A stretch of 64,000 nt of DNA. It comes from a virus. The stretch spans positions 4,477 through 68,476 of the IMG/VR virus record IMGVR_UViG_3300050035_000066, one strand, 5' to 3'. The position numbers were made by a program, and so were the translations under genes. Of the stretch, positions 49,217 through 58,200 are shown one piece after another (within the stretch, counting starts at the first letter, position 1; each line of letters starts with the position of its first letter). Below the pieces are notes generated by a model. The model was not told the DNA's origin and made no database searches. It was given only the letters and a program-made list of their open reading frames with translations.

Positions 49217-49218
49217 AC

Positions 49219-49244
49219 AAGTGGAGTGCTTCGGCACTCCACTT
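49219..49244. terminator. Bidirectional terminator between convergent blocks
   Basis: aagtggagtgc ttcg gcactccactt. Confidence 0.85.
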
Positions 49245-49253
49245 CGTATTTGG

Positions 49254-52200
49254 TTAGTAATCCGCACCACCAAGGCTCCAGAATGGTCCCATGTTTAATC
49301 CCTTGAGAGCATTCATTGGTCCAAGTGAGTAACCAAGATGACCTGAGAGAATTTTTCCGAAGATGTTGTCATCGATCACTGAACCAGTCTCATTCAATCC
49401 CGGCATGAATGCTGTCATGAGGGAACCAAAAGGATTATCTCTCATCATGCTCAAGGCAATCTTGGCAATGCGAAGTTTGTAAGCTAAGAACCATGTTATA
49501 CCCATTGTGTCGAGATAGTTACGAGTACGACCAGCTTTCCAATCGAAGTTGACATACTCTTCACTGACTTTACTGAGAGCTTCTTCACTGCTGATCTTTT
49601 CACGTTTGGTCATGTGATCATAGTAAATTCCCTTGGCGATGAAATCACCATACTCCATGAGTCTTTCCAGACCTTTGTAGAGTGAAGTGTCCCGAGCCAC
49701 GATGGCATACTTGAGCGGTGTCTGTATTGCAGTTGGTGCTTTGTCAATTTGCTGCTCCAACCATTCAGACACTCGACCTGAAGACAACTTCATTTCATTC
49801 TCGTCTTCGAGTTCACCGATCGTATTAAGATCACCATGCTTGATCAGCGGATAGATACTCATCCGTTCATAGCTGTCTTGAATCGACTGCAATTTGGCGT
49901 TGATCTTGTGAATTTCTAAAGGACTCGTTGTGGCCCAACGATCTGCTTCGAAATCCATCTCCTTCTGTCTGAACTGCTGATAGAGGTGAACTTCATGAAG
50001 TTTGGCTCCAATTCCCTGGACGATATCGAGAGTAGGTACACCACGTTGGATTAACTGACGCACGTTGTCCATCATGATGCGAGCAGGGATGGTTATCGAC
50101 TTCACAATCATGTTGTTACGCATGTTGCTCATGAAGCCCTGAATGGTCGTCTCAGTCTGCATCACTCGTTTGTAGGCATCGATCCCAAGAAAAGAAGTCA
50201 GTCCATCCTTGACGGCTCTCTGTACTTCTGGTGACCACCGAGTATTGCCTGTCCACATGTCACCAAGGGAAGGTTGGCGATATCCAATTACCTGATCGAC
50301 TAGCTCCTTCCGGACCATGAACTCTTTCCCAAACTTAGATTTGATGTAGCTTCTAGTTTCAGGAGAGAAAAGAGCAATGGCATCCTTTTGGACGGCATCA
50401 GTGATCTTACCATCAAAAAGATTGATATATTCCGACTTCCTATTTCCCATTGGGGAAGCAGGATTGATTCCCTCCTCGTAGTTATCTTTGAGGGTGTCAA
50501 TCAATGTGTGGTTCATCTGGGTGGCCATGTGTTCTTCCACCTGACGACCACGCCACACACCTAACATCTTGGATAGATCTTGGCTCTGCTCACGTCTGGC
50601 AGCCATTACTGGGTCAAGGGCACGCTCATAAGCGAAGACCTGACCACGCTCATTGAAGAGTGGCATGAGATTCTCACCCATGGATTTGTCAAGGTGAGCA
50701 CGGTCTGCAATTCGCTTGACCAGAGTCTCATCCACGATTCGACCAGCAGTGTTGTGGGTTGAGAAACCCCAAGTTGAATCGATCCCACTCACTGTGTGGT
50801 CGATATTCTGGACCATACCCTGAGAGAAGGCCATCTTGCCACTCAGCGGAGCGTAATAATAGCCACGAGATTCCTTCTCCGAATCCAAGAAAGAACCTTT
50901 ATAATCCCCGATCCGGTGATAACCCAAACCCATCAAGCGACCAAATTCACTATCCTTGTCGACAATTAAAGACGTTCCCTGTTCTGGAATGCTTGGGATG
51001 AATCCCTTGTAGTGATTGTTCTCAAGCAACTTACCTTCGACTTTGGCGAGTTCACCTTTTCGTGTGTTATAGAGATAGGTGAGCATGAACTTTGAGGCTT
51101 CAGGTTTGTTCTTCATTACATCTGAAAGAGCCTTCTGGCGATCAGCCGTCATGTGATCCAAAGCGTAAAGTGAGGTGAGGTGATCGATAGCTTGCACTGT
51201 TTGCTTGGAGACATTCAATTCCTGACGACGAACGACACCTTCTTTCTGAAAATCGGTGGGACGATAAGTCACACCACGCTCGTTATAGAGATGAGCAACT
51301 GCATTTGCATTGCGAAGAAGATTGTCACCAGCACCTTCGCCCATCATGTAACCGGCGAGTTGCTTCATCTTCCGTTGGTAGATTTCAAAGTTCTTTGGAT
51401 CAGAGGTACGGACCTGAGCTTCCAACTCTTTGACTCGATCAGCACGCTTGTCTGGGCTGGACAGTAGTTCAAAAAGCTGCTCCACGGAGTGTGTGTCCAT
51501 AAAGGATGTCGCATCAGATTTTCCCCAACCATGGAACATATGTTGGTTGAGTTCGGGTGTGAGTGTGTGGTCAAACTTCTCATTGAGAAGATCTGGAACC
51601 CTCTTCCTGAAGTTCTGACGAATCTGTGCTGACATAGTTTTGATGACCTTTACCATGTCATAGACCTTACCACTCGACTGAGTACGTCCAATCATTTCTG
51701 TAGCCAGAGCATGAAGTGATCTGTTCAAACCTTCAACATTATTCAGTTGATGGATAAGCATGTCTCCAGCTAGTTCACCATTCTTCTTCGAGATCAGAGA
51801 TGAAACCATTGATACGATTCCACCAGCAATCTTTCCGAACTTGGTTGGTGAATTTGAGATTCGTTCACCTAACGACTTGCCAGCATCTGAAGCATAGGTG
51901 AGTAGGTCTACCATCTTCTGATCGGCAAAGTCTGTTGCACGATGGAATTTGTCTGCACCCATGGAAAGAACAGTTCGTTCATCGAGAGCTTTCTCAATGA
52001 GGTGGTTAGTCAATACCTTCATGGCATCAGACACGTTGGTTGTTCTTTTGTCACCCGACAGGGTTGTCGAGAGCCAATCCATCAAACCATTTCCAGCATT
52101 GTTGAGAACTGCATCCAGTGTGCCTGCTGTGTCCTTTTCAGTTTTAGGCATCGGAACTTTGTTCAGCATGTCACTGAAACTCTTGCTGGTCATGGACAGA

Positions 52201-55200
52201 GCCATGAAGGTGGGCAGAATCGAACCCTTTTCTTCTGCTCCATCGACACCAGTGAGAATCTTATACTTGGCTTGAGCCATGTTTGATTCACGTTCCCATT
52301 CAGGTGTCCCTTCTTTTAAGTTTGGATCCATGAAAGCAGTGAAATCCTTTGTGTGGTTGAGCACATTCATATAGTGCTCTTGCATCCGGTTCATCACACT
52401 TGGATCCAATGTCCTCACAGTCTGAAACATCGCATTGAGCATTGAGAATGTATTCGTTTCGTTGTCCGACATATCTGTGAAGGCAGACTGCACTGCTCCA
52501 GTGGTTTGTTTGATGACTCGTGCAAGTGTGATATCTGCACGACCCTTTATAGCTAATCTTTCAGTTTTTGGATCGGTACCCGGACGTTTGGTTGCTTCTT
52601 CAACTTGAAGATCCATGTCCCGATGCATTACTCGATCAATGTTGGTGCGGAGATCCGCGATATGTGAATCCTGATCTGCGGTGTAGTGTATCCCAGTTGA
52701 TTCACGAAACACGTCACTAGGTCTGAAAGCTGCATGAGCAATAGTCAGTGCATTAAAACGTAATTGAGAGAGAACAGTATTGTCCACTCCAACTGAACGA
52801 CCTTGCCAGATCGTCTTCTTGATGAGATTGATTACAGCTTCCTTAACTCGACTCATAAAGGTAGCTGTAGTCGCTTTCAAATCACTTGTAACATCTGGAT
52901 TAGTCAATCCCCATGCCATAAATTCATTTGCAGCACCTGCATAGTCTCGATCTTGCAACTTCTCATTGAGAACATCCCAGAGTTGCATAACACCCTCAGT
53001 ACTATGTCCAAGATTGGTATCGTCTGCTTTGTTATAGAACTGCATCATCAAATCATGGACACGACTGATTGCATCTCCGATTACAGGAGGTACATGCTCA
53101 TTGTTGTAGTAGGCACGAACCTTTTCTATAGTTGCAGCATGAACCAATTCGTGTGTGAGTGTTTCTGCTGTCGGACTGATCAAGTAGAGTGTCCGAGTAT
53201 TCTCGTGGAAGAATCCCTTTAATTCACCTTTATTACCCCAGCCTTGATCATTACGTTCAGCAATGTGATCAAAGCCAAGAAACTTTGTAGAGTGAGCTTG
53301 CACTTGTTCATGGGTACCGACCACTACAGTGACATCATCGATTCCTTTTGAAGCTTGAAGCTGGCTCAACAAAGTTTTGAGTTCACGACCAACTTTCAAT
53401 CTGGTAATTAGTTTGGGCAGATCATCTGACTTGATGACTTGCACACCAGTTTTGGAATCAGTGATTCCGATACCCTTGAGAATTTTGCGTGCTGCTTCTT
53501 CACCTGCTGCATCGGATACAGGACTCTTGGTGATAACTGGTTTGATACCATCAGATTGTCCACCCTCTTTATTAGGCTGCATCTCTGTTGGTGTCAGTGT
53601 CTCTACTTTGTCTGAACCAGACTGATCGAAGTTAGTATCTGAAATTGGATCCAAAGAAGAAACATTCTCCTTCAAAGCCTCGGGCTGATACTTGCTGTGA
53701 TCATCGATAGCTGGAATTGGCTCCATCTTTTTCTGAGCCTCAATCATCTTGGCAGCATAACTATCTCTCAAGAGATCGGTAGCTGCATCATCACTCATGC
53801 CTTCAGAGATACCCTTCTCAATTCCATTGTGGAAGGGAGAGGCAGCCGAAGCCATCTGATCGGATGACATTCCCATCTCTTTCAATACTTCATGGCGAGA
53901 GTCGATGGAAGCTGCTGTCCAATTGAGATTGTCTGCTGTAGAAGCGATATCACGCATGATGTGATTCACCATGCCAGTATGACCACCCTCTTGTTCCATC
54001 ATTTCGATTACATCCGGATTAGGTACTTCCGGAGTACGAAGCAACTGCTGAGCTAGTGGCATGTTGTCACGGAGAGTTTGTTCCTTGTTACCTTTGAAGT
54101 CAGGTGCTTCAGTGATTTGAGTTGCTTCAGCATACTCATTAGCGAGTAACTGATGAATCGCATCCTGTTGACCCAACATTTTGAAATAGGCTTTACGAAC
54201 TGACTCAACTGGATTGCTGTTCTGCCAGACATCCATGGCTGCTTCATTCGCAGTCTTGCTATAGTCTTTGATTTTGTCCAAAGGCATATGCAGACCGTCG
54301 AAGACAGGCATGATGCCATCATGAATCTTGTTCAAGATGTGCTGAATCATTCTGCCATCGCCAAATCCGAGAACGGATGCTGGCATTCCACCTACACCGA
54401 CTGGTCCGGGTACATCAACCTTGGGTGCAGTTCCATACTGACCATTAAGAGCTTGGTTGTATTGAAGAGACTTCTCATTGTAGATAGCTTTTTTGACAAT
54501 GAGCAGATTTTGCTCATCCGTCTGAAGCAAAGGAGCCAAATTCTTAACAGAATCAATTGCTTTATCGATCTGTTCCTCCGAAAGAAAACCTCCCGGCTTG
54601 TAAGTTTTGTCATTGGCTTGACGATCAGCTAATGCTACGCGGAGAGCAGCACGAACTGCTTCTGAATAAACAATGGAGTGTGTGTTGGTAGCTTTCTGGA
54701 TCAGAGCCGATGCTTCGAGAACATCCTTTCCAACCGTGTCAGAGATTGCAGCCGTGAGAGGCTTCACCAAAAAGGTCTTCATGTTACTTTGCAAAGTCTT
54801 GAAATGTTCAGGACTTGCTTTGAAGTTCTGAGGATCAATCTCTTTGATGAAAGGAGCATTGATTGGTGTACGATCGGCATTAGTGTTGCTCAAGAAATAC
54901 TTCGATTCCTTTTTCCAGAAGATGAGTTGCTGACCAAACACTTGATTGAGGTCATCCTTCAACTGAGTGTAATCACGAGCCGGATTGTCTGACTTGGGGA
55001 ACAGAGCCTTGGCAGGATCTTTCTCTCCACTCTGGAGAGCTTCTGTCATGTGGCTATACAGACCTGTCAGCAAATCGTTGCTGAGATTGCCTGCGATTCC
55101 ATTCTCGCCCGATCCATAGATGGTGATGGTCAGTGGACTCTTGGCAATGGTTCGAGCCAAAGTCAAGAAACCCTTGTCATTTTCCCCAACACCGGGGAGG

Positions 55201-58200
55201 TAGCGTTTCGTTAGACGAGTAAGGGCATCCATGTGATTAGTGAGAGCTTTCTTCTCACCATCTGTGGCTGTGTCCTGCGAATTGATTTTGTCGATGAGTG
55301 CATACTCATAATGTTGAGCACCTGTCGCTGTGGTGGCATACAGATCAGGCATGTCCTCAGTAGAAAGTTCATGGAGAGCAATCTGTTTGGGTCCAAGAAC
55401 CAGACCACCTTTGCGAACATTTCGCACCCAATTGGTATTGAACAATCCATTGGCCAACATGACCATGGCATTGATCGGACCATTGGTCTTGCCATCAGCT
55501 TCGAGATAGAGGCCAGTCCGGAAATTGGATTTATCTGCGTGCTGCTCCAATCGAGCATTCTCTAACAGTGCGTGGAGAGCCAAAGGAGTCATGGCACCAA
55601 GATCATCCTTGGAGTCGATCACTGCTTGTTTGTAGGCTCCCAGTAACTCTCCAGCGAAGGCCGATTTGTCGCCCATGGTTCCTTCAGGAAGAGTGTGGAG
55701 TCCGTCACCTTGTTGTGCAACCCAAGTGTGCAAGAGCTTCATTACTGGGGCCAAAGGACCAGCCAAGAGAGCATCAGTCTTGACCTTATTGACTTCCGGA
55801 GAGTTCTTCTCGACCTTCAATCCAAGAGCCTGTGCTGTTGCCAGACCGAACGCAAGGCTATGTTGGGGGTCAGTCATATCCAACTTTGACCAAGTAGGAA
55901 GTAGAATCTCACGAACCAGCTTGCTGGCTTGTGGATTGTTGGCTCCCAGCATGTGCAGACGACCTACACGACTCATGTTGTGGCCAAAGTATTGGGCCAT
56001 ATCAGCAACATTCTCACCTGTGGCCTGTGCCCGGTTTGCCATCTGACTGAATAGACCTGTGAGGTGTTCAGCGGCTGTCCAAACTGTGATGTTCTGTCCC
56101 TCAAGTGTAACTTTGTGGGAAGTATTCACTTTTGACAGATCGCTTCCTCCCCCAAAGAAATCTAGGAGGGAACTCATGCCCAGAGCATGATACAGATTCC
56201 ACTGAGGAAGGTTGGGACGATATTCAGTCTGGTTGGCCTTCTCAACAGCCGACAACTGACGACCACTATTCTTGGTGTCACTTCCCATCTGGGTCTTGGA
56301 TGCTTGAGGCTTATTGTCTTCAAAGTGGAACTGTTGTTCCGGCTTGATCACAACTGCATCAGCCAGAGCACCGGGGTAGGCTGAGAGATCTTGAAGAGTC
56401 TTTCCGAGTTCACCCAACTCCTTACCGGGAACCAAACGAGTAACAGTCTGTTTGATTTCTGGATCAATCTCTACTTGCTGATTTTCAAGCATGTGTAGGT
56501 TGACCATGGCACGAAGAACTTCTGACGACATCGCTTCAACGATGCCATCGGCGTAGGCACGGTCAGCAGTCTTGAGAGTATGCAGTCCCCAGAATTGACG
56601 AATTGCATTTGTAATACCATCTTTCACATCTTCAACTGAAGTTGTGGACTGTAAAGAATTCTTTAGTTGGTCATCGAAAATCTCGTGACCAACGATGCTT
56701 TCCATTTGGTCATCACGAAGCTTAGTGGTAGTGTGCCCTACTGTAATAAACCAATGAAGTCCTGCCATGACCGCTGATTCAAGTAGATGAGTATTGTAAC
56801 TGTGGATCTGACCACCTGCACCATCATCATGTGCTTCAACGAGGTTGAGCACCTTGCCATTCTTGAAACTATTGATGGTGTTGTCGTTATCTGTAGTACG
56901 ACCTGTTAACAACCAGTTTAATTTGGTCGTATCTTTGTACTTCCCTTGCAGGAAGTTATCCAGATTCATTCGCATGGTGATCATCAAGCCACCGAAGTTC
57001 ATCAAGGGAGCAGCTTCCTCTGCCGTGATCCCTTCTTTAGTTTTGAGTCTGTCCTGTAATCCTTTTGGATCTTCAACAATCGGAGCCAAGAGAGCTTTGT
57101 AAGCCTTTGACAGAACGTCTGTCATCTCTCGCTTGACTGTTGAACCAGTGAAATCCTTAAAGCTTTTGCTCGATGAAAAAACTTCCCGTACCTTCTCAAC
57201 AGGAGAATCGATTCCAGTGATTCGTGTTGTTGGCTCACCATTCTTCTGTGTGGCGAAAGCCTCGTGGAAATAGTTGACCACCTTACCCGGAACAGAAATC
57301 AGATTTGGATACAGTTTCTTGATGCCACCTGTGGTGACTTCTTTAACTGGTTCAGCAGGAACCGGTTTGGTATCGAGTGTGGCTGCCGTAAGTGGCTTGA
57401 TCGGGAGAGTTTGAGTTTTACGGATAACTCCATCATCATCAATACGATCACCAGTCACCTTGGTGACTTCAGGGAATTGTTCTTTTAATTGCTGCATCAA
57501 AGGACGGATTGACTTGATACCTAGTTCAGCAGTCTTTCCTTCACGTTGAGCATCGATAGCTTCTTTGACAGTTGATCCAAGACCAACCCAGCGAACAAAA
57601 GCAGTCTTACCATCATCGCGTAATTCAATAATGGCAGAGGCAATCTTTTTGTCTCCCTCCATGACATCAGTCTTGTAGGCCGGATTTCCATCCTTGTCTT
57701 GTTCAGGAGCACGCTCAAACTTACCAAGAGTGTGTTCAGTCGAGATAATAGGCTTCTCAACTTTAGGTGTGATTTCTTCCTTTACGGGTGTTGGTGTGGC
57801 TTCTACAACCACAGGTTTTTCAACCGGAGTTTCCTTCGGTGTGAGTCGATCACTTAGAATCTGACGACGAGTTTCCTGCTTAGGTGTCCGTTCTTCAATA
57901 GCATCCAGTTTAGCCAACTGACGTTGTGCTTGTTTATCAGACTGCTTCGCAGCTTGCTCAGTCCACTTTGCTTTCTCTGCATCTGAAGTTTCGTCACCAG
58001 CCTTGAAGTTGAAAGCCTTCTGCACAGCAGTTGCTTTCTTGATGTTTTTAGTGACAACACTTTCAGGATTTTGATTAGTCAGATTATCCTGTTGCTTCTG
58101 TTCATCAGCTACTTGTTTCTGATACTGATCACTGAAGTCAGCGACTTTACGCTCACCACTCTTGAACTTTGGTGCAAGTTCGGTACCAGTTCCATCTGCA

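Noticed and set aside
53130-53170. HELVH zincin motif in vRNAP as a novelty
   Set aside because: Already a described conserved feature of N4-like vRNAPs
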